Of a DNA stretch of 64,000 nucleotides, positions 28,706 through 37,772 are shown piece after piece. Under the pieces are notes generated by a model that had not been told where the DNA came from, ran no database searches, and saw nothing but the letters and a program-made list of their open reading frames with translations. This stretch comes from an uncultured delta proteobacterium (GTDB taxonomy: Bacteria; Desulfobacterota; Binatia; Binatales; Binataceae), in contig CAWEEQ010000004.1 of NCBI GenBank assembly GCA_963808235.1, positions 256,001-320,000 on the forward strand. Direction: 5' to 3'. Position numbers and translations under genes: made by a program. How positions within the stretch are numbered: position 1 is the first letter of the stretch; each line of letters begins with the position of its first letter.

Positions 28706-29836
28706 ATGAGCAGCCCGGATTCGATTGTTATTGATTGCGACTCGCATGTGATGGAGCCGCCCGACCTCTGGGAGAAATACCTCGAGCCGAAGTTTCGCGA
28801 CCGCGCCATTCGGATCATCAAGGACCCAGGCGATGGGCTCGAAGTGCTGATGGTTGACAATCAGCCGCTCTTGAAGGGGATGCTCGCGGGTCTCGGCGGC
28901 GCGAATCAACCGCGGCAGGAACTCTTCGTGCCTGGCCGGCTCGGGTACCTCGACGGATGTCCGCCCGCCAGCTATCTCCCCGCCGAGCGCGTTAAGCTGC
29001 TCGACGAATGGGGCGTGAACGCGGGAGTGCTGTTTCCGACCGTCGGAATTCTCTGGGACGTCGCGGATCATGAGCTCGCGGGCGCGTACGCGCGCGCCTA
29101 CAACAACTGGATCAACGATTTTGCAAGCTCGGTGCGCGGCCGCGTGATCCCTATCGCCCATATCGCGCTGCAGGACGTGGACGCGGCGCTGGTCGAGCTC
29201 AAGCGATGCATCAAGCTCGGCTTCAAGGGAATCTTCCTCGCGCCGGAAAATGTCGGCGGCCGGCGCTTCTCGCATCCGGACTTCGATCCGATTTGGCGCG
29301 AGTGCGAAGAAGCGGGAATCCCAGCCTGCCTGCACGTGATCGTGCGCTTCAATCGCGCGCCGGGAATAATCGGCCAGTTCTACCAGCCGGGCGAGTTTCG
29401 CACCGTGTTCGGATTTGCACTGGGCGGATTCGCGCAGGTAGTGCCGGCCGCGATGACGATGGTGGCCGACGGGTTGTTCGATCGCTTCCAGCGCCTTAAA
29501 GTCTTGTGCGTCGAGGCCGGATGCGGCTGGGCGCCGTACATCATGGACAGGATGGATCAGAAGTATGATCTGCTCGGCTGGACTTATCCGACCAAGTTGA
29601 AGCCGTCGGATTATTTTCGGCGAAACATATGGGTGGTCGCGGAGCCGGAGGAGCGGACGATTGGCGCGGTGATGGATCTGTTGGGCGAAGATCGCGTGCT
29701 ATGGGGCTCCGATTTTCCGCACGTCGATTCCAACCTTGAAGCGCCGCATCTGATTAGAAACTCAATTGCTAGTTTGAGTCCGGCGCGGCAGCGCAAACTG
29801 CTCGGCGAGAATGCGCGAATTGTGTTTCCGGCCTAG
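28706..29836 (+). CDS. Amidohydrolase_2 family protein
   Basis: IDCDSHVMEP, RAYNNW, EAGCGW, WGSDFPH. Confidence 0.9.
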   Translation: MSSPDSIVIDCDSHVMEPPDLWEKYLEPKFRDRAIRIIKDPGDGLEVLMVDNQPLLKGMLAGLGGANQPRQELFVPGRLGYLDGCPPASYLPAERVKLLDEWGVNAGVLFPTVGILWDVADHELAGAYARAYNNWINDFASSVRGRVIPIAHIALQDVDAALVELKRCIKLGFKGIFLAPENVGGRRFSHPDFDPIWRECEEAGIPACLHVIVRFNRAPGIIGQFYQPGEFRTVFGFALGGFAQVVPAAMTMVADGLFDRFQRLKVLCVEAGCGWAPYIMDRMDQKYDLLGWTYPTKLKPSDYFRRNIWVVAEPEERTIGAVMDLLGEDRVLWGSDFPHVDSNLEAPHLIRNSIASLSPARQRKLLGENARIVFPA

Positions 29837-29890
29837 TGTAACGTCAGAAATATTAACAACTCACCAGATTAGCCGAGTGGTGCGGCTCCG

Positions 29891-30094
29891 ATGCCCAGTG
29901 ACAAGGCCAAACAGAACAAAGCGCTGACCGCGACCTGCGTTGCGTGTAACAAGCCGGTCTCAACCGAGAGCGCGGTCGCACTTACGGGAATCGAAGACGG
30001 GCGTCACAAGCAGTACGTGGTGTGCAACGTCTGCGCGAACAAAGGATGGCGTCCGCCGGGATTCGCCGGTCTCTATACCGCGCGCCAGGAATAG
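29891..30094 (+). CDS. Small putative zinc-finger protein (67 aa)
   Basis: CVAC...CNVC; fills the gap and converges on the SLOG gene. Confidence 0.55.
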   Translation: MPSDKAKQNKALTATCVACNKPVSTESAVALTGIEDGRHKQYVVCNVCANKGWRPPGFAGLYTARQE

Positions 30095-30099
30095 TTCGA

Positions 30100-30645
30100 T
30101 CAGAGAAGAGAGGCCTGAACTGGCTCCGCAACTTTAGAATCGGACGCGAGCGTTTCGATTCGGCGTCTTACCTCTTCGCTACAACCGGAAAAGAACTTCT
30201 TCCACTCCGATTCGGTCTGCAGTTCCTGGAATCGACCATGCTGAGCCTCGAAGATCGAAACCTGCTTGCCTTGGCGAACGAGGCGGAGAGCATTCATTAG
30301 AGTGCCGGCGCTCTTGTTATCCCAGATCATCAGTCCGGAGTCCGCCTCGCACGACATCAGTTGGTCTTTGGCCGCATAGAAATCGAAGTCACGTTTGCGT
30401 GATTCGACCGCGACGCGCCTGAGCGGCCAGTTTCCCACGTTGTTGCGGCATTCATCGCCGGAACAGAATACCTCGACGTCACGAAAGCCTTTTGCATTCA
30501 AGTACTGTTGCACGGATTTGTCGGCGCCGGCCGCATCGCCAATCAGAATCGACGCCTTCTTCGCCAGTATCGCATCGAGTCTAATCACGACTTCCGGATT
30601 CAACCGGACTATTCGGCGTGAGCCGCCCACGAAGACCTTGGTCAT
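30100..30645 (-). CDS. SLOG-superfamily (YspA-like) protein
   Basis: VFVGGSR, IGDAAGAD, KDQLM...D.GLMIWDNKSAGT pattern. Confidence 0.75.
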   Translation of the reverse strand: MTKVFVGGSRRIVRLNPEVVIRLDAILAKKASILIGDAAGADKSVQQYLNAKGFRDVEVFCSGDECRNNVGNWPLRRVAVESRKRDFDFYAAKDQLMSCEADSGLMIWDNKSAGTLMNALRLVRQGKQVSIFEAQHGRFQELQTESEWKKFFSGCSEEVRRRIETLASDSKVAEPVQASLL

Positions 30646-31232
30646 TGTCTGCTCCGCGTCCGCGTGATTGTCAGCGCAAGAACGTCTTTCGCGCCGCCCT
30701 TATCGTACAGGGCACTGGTAATCGCGTTCAACGTGGCTCCCGACCTGTAGAGATCGTCAAGCAGCAGGAGCGTCTTTTCTCCGACGCAAGCGGAATCCAC
30801 CTCGAACGCGCCATCGAGCAAACGCCATCTCTGATCGTACTCGTAAGCGTTTTTGAGCTGCGGAGTCTCGCGGATCTTCCAGACGCAGTCTTCGGAAAGG
30901 GGAACGCTTACTTTCGCGGCAAGCGCGCGAGCGATCAGAATAAGCGGTTGTTCGCGTCTCGGAGTCGAAGGTGGGACCGGAACAATCAGGTCCATCGCGG
31001 GCAGATAAGATTCCACGAACGAACCGACCGCTTCCACGATCGCGGGTACGACGCTTCTGTCTGAATGATACTTGAGTTTGTACAACAGCTCGCCAATCTC
31101 CGAGCGATTGGTCTCGAACCGCGGATGCCCATATTCGTTGTGCCCGTGGACCTCGCTGCTGGTCGTATGCACATCGAGCGCAAATCCGCTGCTCCAACGT
31201 CCCGAAATCCTGGTCGGGTTGATGTTGACCAT
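30642..31232 (-). CDS. ComF-like type I phosphoribosyltransferase (no zinc ribbon)
   Basis: LLYKLKY, IVPVPPS, PRPP loop LLLDDLYRSGATL. Confidence 0.85.
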   Translation of the reverse strand: MVNINPTRISGRWSSGFALDVHTTSSEVHGHNEYGHPRFETNRSEIGELLYKLKYHSDRSVVPAIVEAVGSFVESYLPAMDLIVPVPPSTPRREQPLILIARALAAKVSVPLSEDCVWKIRETPQLKNAYEYDQRWRLLDGAFEVDSACVGEKTLLLLDDLYRSGATLNAITSALYDKGGAKDVLALTITRTRSRQ

Positions 31233-31280
31233 AGAAGCCGGAGCGCACGCTGCTTCCGAAAGCGGATCTCAGCCCTACTC

Positions 31281-32630
31281 TCAGACTTTGTAGAGGCGGT
31301 TAGCTTCGGAGCGAAGCTGCGATCTGAAATCGGGATGCGCGATCGCAACCAGCTCGTCGATGCGCCGGCGAATCGATTTGCCTTTGAGATTCGCGATGCC
31401 GTATTCGGTCACCACGTGATGCACATATGCGCGCGGCGATGTCACCACACTTCCCGGATCGAGCACCGGCACGATTCGCGACACGCGCTTGCCGTGCACC
31501 ATCGAACTTGACGGCACCACGATCACGGTCTTGCCGCCGGCGAGGCATGCGCCGATCACAAACGCGGTCTGGCCGCCGGTGCCGGTATACATCAGCGGGC
31601 CGATCGATTCGCCGTTGGTTTGTCCGGTGAGGTCAACCGCCATCGCATTGTTCACCGAGATGAGGCCGTCTTCCTGCGCGATCAGGCGGATGTCGTCGGT
31701 AGTATTGAAATCGTAGAGCGCGAAGGTCGGATTTCCGTCGATATAATCCAGCTCTTCGCGTGGCATCAGCGGCGCGCATGCGGCGCCGACGACCAATCCC
31801 GGGAAAAGCTTTTTGTGCTTGCCGGTGATCACGCCTGCTTCCACGAGTGGCGCGGTGTGGAGCGGAATCACCTCGGTCTGCATCCCGAGCTCATGATGGC
31901 CGAGCAGATGCTTGCAAAGCATCCCCGACATCGAGCCGACCCCGATTTGTATCGACGCTCGATCGGGAATCAGTTCTTTCGCTACCATCTTGCATACAGT
32001 CGCGATATTCCGCGCTTCCTCTTCGCCGGGTTGCGGCAGATCTATGACCGGCAAATCGACCGTGCGCTCAACGAAGTAATCAATCTCCGAAATATGAATC
32101 GAGTTGTCGCCGCCGACCCGGATCGATTTCTGATCTACTTCGGCGATCACCAGTTTCGCATTGCGGGCGAGTAGCTTCGACATGATCTGAGCTTCGCCGA
32201 AGTTGCAGTTGCCATGCTCGTCGGGCGGCGACACGGTCATCAGGTACACATTGAAATTGTCGAGCGCCGGCGGCAGATGTCCCGCGCGGTAGTACGCGAT
32301 CGGGGTGAAATCGGCGGCGCCGCGCGAATAGAGTTCGCGGTCGTACGGCGACAGATAGAAAGATTCCAGCCGGAACCGCTCGCCGAGCCCGGGCAGATCC
32401 CAGTTCATCACCGCGGCGCCATGGTTGACGACGACGTCTTCGAGTTCCATCAGGCGCGCCGCCAACGGCGGGCACAATTCGAACGGGGTAGCCTGGGCTA
32501 TCGAGAGCGCGACCCGATCGCCCGACTTGATATGTGCGACCGCATCGTCAGCGGAGACCAGCCGCGAGCCGAGTTGCGCGCGCCAGTCAAATCTATTTGC
32601 CCGCTGCTGACTCGGTGCGGTTGCCATCAC
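31281..32630 (-). CDS. Acetyl-CoA hydrolase/4-hydroxybutyrate CoA-transferase family
   Basis: VSPPDEHG, IQIGVG, QTE catalytic Glu, VDLTGQ, GTGGQ, VVTEYG, IAHPDFR. Confidence 0.9.
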   Translation of the reverse strand: MMATAPSQQRANRFDWRAQLGSRLVSADDAVAHIKSGDRVALSIAQATPFELCPPLAARLMELEDVVVNHGAAVMNWDLPGLGERFRLESFYLSPYDRELYSRGAADFTPIAYYRAGHLPPALDNFNVYLMTVSPPDEHGNCNFGEAQIMSKLLARNAKLVIAEVDQKSIRVGGDNSIHISEIDYFVERTVDLPVIDLPQPGEEEARNIATVCKMVAKELIPDRASIQIGVGSMSGMLCKHLLGHHELGMQTEVIPLHTAPLVEAGVITGKHKKLFPGLVVGAACAPLMPREELDYIDGNPTFALYDFNTTDDIRLIAQEDGLISVNNAMAVDLTGQTNGESIGPLMYTGTGGQTAFVIGACLAGGKTVIVVPSSSMVHGKRVSRIVPVLDPGSVVTSPRAYVHHVVTEYGIANLKGKSIRRRIDELVAIAHPDFRSQLRSEANRLYKV

Positions 32631-33619
32631 GCAGCGGCCGCGAGGTTGGTATCGATTCCCATCTCACGCATGAAGGCGCTGGTGCGCTGGTTGAGCAGCC
32701 CGACCTTCTGCATGTTGGTCACGACGGTCTGATGCATTTCGCGGCGGAACAGTTTTCTGAACAGCGCATATTCGCTGCCGAGCGCGATCTGCTTGCGCGC
32801 GTGGCGGATCTCTTCGATCTCGGCGGCGCTCATTCCGATTGCCTCGTACGCCTCGACCGGGAACTGTCCCTTCATGATCAGGAGCAGCGCCTCGCGGGTG
32901 AAATCCTCGAGTTCGTGCAAGTCGCCGGAGCTGAGGCCGCGAATCTCGTCGGGCAGGCTTAGGACTGAAAAACCCATGTGTCGCGATTCATCTGCCAGGA
33001 TGCGCCGGCAAATTTCGCGCAGCAGAGGATCCTTGGCCGTTTCCATCAGCATCCTGAACAGCGACACCGCGAACGTCTCCGCGAGCAGCTGCAGGCCGAC
33101 TGTCTTGATGAACCACTTGCCCTGGCCGAGGATATAGTCGAAGAGCGTCTTGATGTTCCCGGTGATCGGATAAACTTTGCCGTCGCACTTCTCGAGCAGG
33201 TAGCGGCTCAAGACTTCGGCGTGGCGGGCCTCGTCAACGACCTGCGTTGCCTGGAAGAACTTCGCGTCGTTGCCGGGCACCATATCGACCAGCTGGCTGC
33301 AGGCGAGCATCGCGCCTTCCTCGCCGTGGAGGAGTTGTGACAACCGCCAGCATGAGAACTCGATGTTGAGACGCTGAAAATTCTTCGGATCGAGGCGGTC
33401 GAGAGTCGGAGTGCCGTGGCCGTCGATCAGTTCGTCGGCGAAGATGCCGCGCTCGGGGTCAACGTTGATCGTCCAGTCGACATCCTTGGACGCGTTCCAC
33501 TGATCGCGCTTGGCGTTCTCATAGAGGCGGCGCATGTCGGGAGCCTCGACCACGTAGGAGCGCTGGAAGCAAGTGTCGAAGGAAGTCGGAATCCGGTCTG
33601 CAATTGATTTTGATGGCAT
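32627..33619 (-). CDS. Ferritin-like diiron protein (AurF/aldehyde decarbonylase-like)
   Basis: HGEEGA, DEARH, E, DESRH ligand pattern. Confidence 0.85.
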   Translation of the reverse strand: MPSKSIADRIPTSFDTCFQRSYVVEAPDMRRLYENAKRDQWNASKDVDWTINVDPERGIFADELIDGHGTPTLDRLDPKNFQRLNIEFSCWRLSQLLHGEEGAMLACSQLVDMVPGNDAKFFQATQVVDEARHAEVLSRYLLEKCDGKVYPITGNIKTLFDYILGQGKWFIKTVGLQLLAETFAVSLFRMLMETAKDPLLREICRRILADESRHMGFSVLSLPDEIRGLSSGDLHELEDFTREALLLIMKGQFPVEAYEAIGMSAAEIEEIRHARKQIALGSEYALFRKLFRREMHQTVVTNMQKVGLLNQRTSAFMREMGIDTNLAAAA

Positions 33620-33805
33620 AGAGAGCAGCGCTCCTCTGCGAACAATTCAAACCAACGGTAGCAAATTCCGGCCTGATCGGAAAATCGTCGGCGGCGCGCA
33701 AATCGGCCAACGCAGAGGATCAATTCGAGCGCCGGCGCCTGGCGAATCAATTGCAACAGGCTCAGCTTGACTACGATCGAGCAAACCTTGATGCTCGATG
33801 GTCGC

Positions 33806-33895
33806 GGAGAGGTTCGGGAGTTTGGTTTAACCGGCCTGACTCGAAATCAGGTGAGCCTAACGGCTCCGGGGGTTCGAATCCCTCCCTCTCCGCCA
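33806..33895 (+). tRNA. tRNA-Ser (CGA)
   Basis: GGAGAGG...CCTGA-CTCGAAA-TCAGG, long variable arm GAGCC-TAAC-GGCTC, GGTTCGAATCC...CCTCTCCGCCA. Confidence 0.94.
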
Positions 33896-34124
33896 CCCAG
33901 CTTGGCATGTTTCCCTACATTTTCGTTCGAGCGCATAAAGGATTACGCTAGTCCCCCGGTCGAATGAGATGCGCAGTAGCGGCTCCTTTCCGATTAGAGC
34001 ATTTTCGGCACATTTCGCGGGACGATAGTTGCTTTTCCTCACCGTTTCGTCGTTTGGCCCCGAATTCTATCGCCTTCCAACGCCAGTTGTTCCACTCGAG
34101 TGCTTGGCGATAGAAGTGGGGACG

Positions 34125-35132
34125 ATGAGTGTAGAGCCGCTAGTCATCGCATGTGCCGCGGACCGACAGTACGCACTGCCGCTCGCGGTCATGCTGAGAT
34201 CAGTGGTCGCCAATCTCGACGCGCAACGCACGCTGAAGGTCTACATTGTCGACAGCGGACTCGATCCAGGGACGCGATCTCGGATCTCAGCCTCGCTCCC
34301 CGAACGAGTCACGCTTCACTGGATAGCTCCCGAGCGGACCGGTTTTGTCGATCTGCCGCTGTGGGGCCGGATGACGATCGCCACTTATGACAAATTGACG
34401 ATCGGTCGGTGGCTGCCAAAGTCAGAGGGGCGAGCGCTTTGGCTCGACTGCGATTTACTGGCGCTCGCCGATCTAGCGCGCCTTTGGGAAACGGTCCAGG
34501 GACAATATGGCGTTCTCGCAACCCAGGACATGTTCGTTCCGACGCTTGGAGCACGCTTCGGCGTTGCCTGCCACCAGGAACTGGGCATCGATGGCGACGC
34601 GGAATATTTCAACGCGGGAATCATGCTGATAGACGTAGCCCGCTGGCGAAGCGACGATATCGCAGCCCGCGCGCTGACATATCTGAGGCGGTATCGGCGT
34701 CGGGTGTATTTCTGGGACCAGGAGGCGCTGAACGCCGCTCTAGTAGGCAATTGGACCAAGCTTGACGCGAGGTGGAACTGGAGTCCGAGATTCGACCGGA
34801 TCGCATTGAACGATGGTGGTTTTGGCGGCGCGGAGAAGTCACCCTGGATTGTTCACTTCAGCGGCAGCCTGAAACCGTGGCATTTCGAAGGAAAGAGCGC
34901 TCCATACAAGCTCTTCTACCGATACCTTGATTCCACGGCTTGGGCTGGATGGAGGCCAGCGCGAAACTGGCGAAACATGGCGTTGAGTCACTACGTATCA
35001 TCCCGATTCCGCGACATGCTGTCTCCGCTCGAGACGTTGGCGATGGCAGTCGAGCGCGCGGTTACGCTCCGTTACGTTTCCGCCGACCCAAACGCGAGTG
35101 CCCATCATGAAGTAGGGACGATCGGCAGATGA
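34125..35132 (+). CDS. Glycosyltransferase family 8
   Basis: WLDCD (DxD), YFNAGIML, DQEALN, IVHFSG..KPW. Confidence 0.9.
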   Translation: MSVEPLVIACAADRQYALPLAVMLRSVVANLDAQRTLKVYIVDSGLDPGTRSRISASLPERVTLHWIAPERTGFVDLPLWGRMTIATYDKLTIGRWLPKSEGRALWLDCDLLALADLARLWETVQGQYGVLATQDMFVPTLGARFGVACHQELGIDGDAEYFNAGIMLIDVARWRSDDIAARALTYLRRYRRRVYFWDQEALNAALVGNWTKLDARWNWSPRFDRIALNDGGFGGAEKSPWIVHFSGSLKPWHFEGKSAPYKLFYRYLDSTAWAGWRPARNWRNMALSHYVSSRFRDMLSPLETLAMAVERAVTLRYVSADPNASAHHEVGTIGR

Positions 35133-36226
35133 CGGATGCGACATATCGCGATGAACCGGGCTTGTCGGGCGTACTGACCACCGAGCGCTTGAAGAGGAAG
35201 CTTCGGGTAGGCGTCATAGGATGCGGCAACATTGCCTATTGGGTACATTTGCCCGCCTTGGCTCGCATGCGCGGCGTAGAACTGGTAGCCGCCGCCGATT
35301 CCGATCCTCGAGCTAGAGATAACGCCGCCAGATTGGTGAAGAGGCCCGTCTTCCAGCGCTCCGAAGATCTCTTTGCACGAAACGACATCGATGCGGTCGT
35401 CATCTGTGCTCCTACCGGTCTGCATCACGATCTTGCCCTTGCCGCCTGCGCCGCCCGCAAGCATTTCTACCTCGAGAAGCCGCTTGCGACGGACGCGGAC
35501 TCAGGACGCCGCGTTCTCGATGCGTCCGCTGGCGCCGGGCTGGTGACGATGATCGGCTTCAATCGGCGACTCCATCCGGCGATCGAGCAGGCGCGAGCGA
35601 TACTTGCGGAGGGCCGCCTCGGCAAGGTTCACATGGTGCAGACAGTGCTCTGTGATCCGCCGGCAAGCGGCGGAACGTCCGAGTGGAAGAAACACCGAAC
35701 CAGTGGAGGCGGCGTGCTGCTCGACCTAGCCTCGCACCACCTCGATCTCCTGCGATTTCTTCTCGACGACGAGTTCAGCCAGGTTGAGGCTCGCATCGTA
35801 TCGGAAGCGAGCGAGAGTGACTCGGCCTGGCTCCGAATGACGATGGTTCGAGGAACGGAGGTCCAGAGTTTCTTCTCGTGCAGGTCAGGACTGGCAGATT
35901 CGATCCAGCTTCTTGGCGAATGTGGAACATTAAGAGTCGATCGATTTCGCTCGGCGGTTGAGCTTCGCATTCCTCGCCGACTGGGATACGGCTTGAGAAG
36001 CAAGCGTTCTTTTCCGCGAGTCGCCAGTTTGGGCTGGCGTCTTAGGAAGTTGAGGCGTCCGTCTTATGATCCGTCGTATCAACGGGCATTGGATACGTTT
36101 GTGGCGCTCACTAATGGACAGCGGCGGGATGCCCCGACGCTTGAAGACGGCATGCGCAGCCTGGAGGCTGTGCTCGCGGCAGAGAAATCGGCCCGTTTCG
36201 GACGCCCTGTTTTCATGGACGAGTAA
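35129..36226 (+). CDS. Gfo/Idh/MocA oxidoreductase
   Basis: GVIGCGNIA, EKP, GFNRR, GGGVLLDLASH; ATGA overlap with GT8. Confidence 0.92.
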   Translation: MTDATYRDEPGLSGVLTTERLKRKLRVGVIGCGNIAYWVHLPALARMRGVELVAAADSDPRARDNAARLVKRPVFQRSEDLFARNDIDAVVICAPTGLHHDLALAACAARKHFYLEKPLATDADSGRRVLDASAGAGLVTMIGFNRRLHPAIEQARAILAEGRLGKVHMVQTVLCDPPASGGTSEWKKHRTSGGGVLLDLASHHLDLLRFLLDDEFSQVEARIVSEASESDSAWLRMTMVRGTEVQSFFSCRSGLADSIQLLGECGTLRVDRFRSAVELRIPRRLGYGLRSKRSFPRVASLGWRLRKLRRPSYDPSYQRALDTFVALTNGQRRDAPTLEDGMRSLEAVLAAEKSARFGRPVFMDE

Positions 36227-36259
36227 CTGAGCGAGCGAATGTTTCTGATGTCGTGATTC

Positions 36260-37612
36260 TTACGATGTCCCTGGTTTATGCGCTTCGGTTGAAGCAAGAA
36301 TCGCAAGAGCCGCTGCGGTTGCTTCTCCGGCCGATATATTGACGACGCATGGCGCAGCAGCTCCAGGTGAAATCTCAAAACGGCAACGCCAACCGCATCC
36401 GAAGCACTCCATTGGATGCCAGACGGCCTGCGGCAAGCACATGCCTTCTTGCGGAGGAGAATCATAGGGCACGCACCAACCAAACGTTCCTCCTCCCAGG
36501 ATGCAGAGCGTTGGCGCCCCCGACGCGGCGGCGACGTGAAGAGGGCCAGAATCATTTGAAATAACCAAGCTCGCGCCCGCGGCGAATTGGCCAAACTCTT
36601 CCAACGACAGGGCGCCGGTGAGATCTGAAAGTGGGGCCTCGGCGAGCCTGCAAATCGCAATCGCGAGCTGTTTTTCAGCGATCGAACCGCATATCGTGCC
36701 GCGCATTCCGGTGGCGGCAAAGATGCCCTCAGCGAGCGCCGCAAACCGCCCGGGAGGCCAGCGCTTTAGTGGTTCCGTCCCGCCTGGACATAGCACATAG
36801 TACGGGGGCGACGCGGCCACCACGTCAGCCTTCCGATCGAGATTCAGTTTCGGTGCGCGCGGTGCGAAACCATTGTGGCCAAGCGCATGCAAGAACTCGG
36901 AATTAAGCCGAAGTATTCCCAGGCTCTCCGTGGGCATCGACAATAGACGACTGTATTTGCTGGCACGCCAAACTCTCATTAGACGCTCGCCTGGCGAATG
37001 AGAGTCGGGCCGTAGTGACCACCCCACCTTTTCGGCGGCCCCTGACGCGCCCATGATGCTATCTGCGACGTAATAGTCCTGCCAACCCGCCGGATTCAGG
37101 GCAACTGAAAATCCTTCGCCTGCGATTCTCCGAAGCATTTGCCAACGATACAGAAGACTTTTGGAAAAGCGCGCTCGATCCAGCTCCCAGACGCAATCGA
37201 AATACGGTTGCAAGCGCACCAGAGACGCACTGGCAGTATCTGCCAGCAAAACGATTCGGTGTGCAGGCGCAGGATACAGTTCACGCAGGCCACGCGCCGC
37301 ATCGAGCCAAAGGATCATGTCGCCAATCCGGCAGGGATGAACAACCAGTATCGCGCCCGATTTATTTGAGACCTTATGACGAGAAACGAACTGGTTGACT
37401 GGCTGCAAAATGAGCCACCGGAGGAACCTTAGGTACCGCTGTGCTGACAGGAGGGCCTGAGAGACGGTAGCGGGCCCAACGGCCGTGCGCGAGCGACCGG
37501 CCGGTGGGGCGTTGCGTCTACTACTCGCGTCAGAAAAACCAATCTGGCTGCCGCAATGCTCGCAGAACCGTGACGGCGAACGATTATCTGAATGGCACGA
37601 TGTGCAGTTCAT
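36260..37612 (-). CDS. Glycosyltransferase family 9 (heptosyltransferase-like) with N-terminal zinc ribbon
   Basis: IGDMIL, KRWP, ISNDSGPLHVAAA; N-terminal CTSC...FCEHCG. Confidence 0.85.
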   Translation of the reverse strand: MNCTSCHSDNRSPSRFCEHCGSQIGFSDASSRRNAPPAGRSRTAVGPATVSQALLSAQRYLRFLRWLILQPVNQFVSRHKVSNKSGAILVVHPCRIGDMILWLDAARGLRELYPAPAHRIVLLADTASASLVRLQPYFDCVWELDRARFSKSLLYRWQMLRRIAGEGFSVALNPAGWQDYYVADSIMGASGAAEKVGWSLRPDSHSPGERLMRVWRASKYSRLLSMPTESLGILRLNSEFLHALGHNGFAPRAPKLNLDRKADVVAASPPYYVLCPGGTEPLKRWPPGRFAALAEGIFAATGMRGTICGSIAEKQLAIAICRLAEAPLSDLTGALSLEEFGQFAAGASLVISNDSGPLHVAAASGAPTLCILGGGTFGWCVPYDSPPQEGMCLPQAVWHPMECFGCGWRCRFEISPGAAAPCVVNISAGEATAAALAILASTEAHKPGTS

Positions 37613-37772
37613 ACGAGACCGCTTCCAAAAATAGCGCCCCAGCGTAGCTAAACATACCTGCCTTCAACCACTCGTGACCTTCTTCCTGGTCCTCACGTCG
37701 GTGTCGACACGGCGTGATGTTGAACGCTTGCGCGATGGCTTCGATGTTCCAATGAAGATACCCTGCGGGGTC

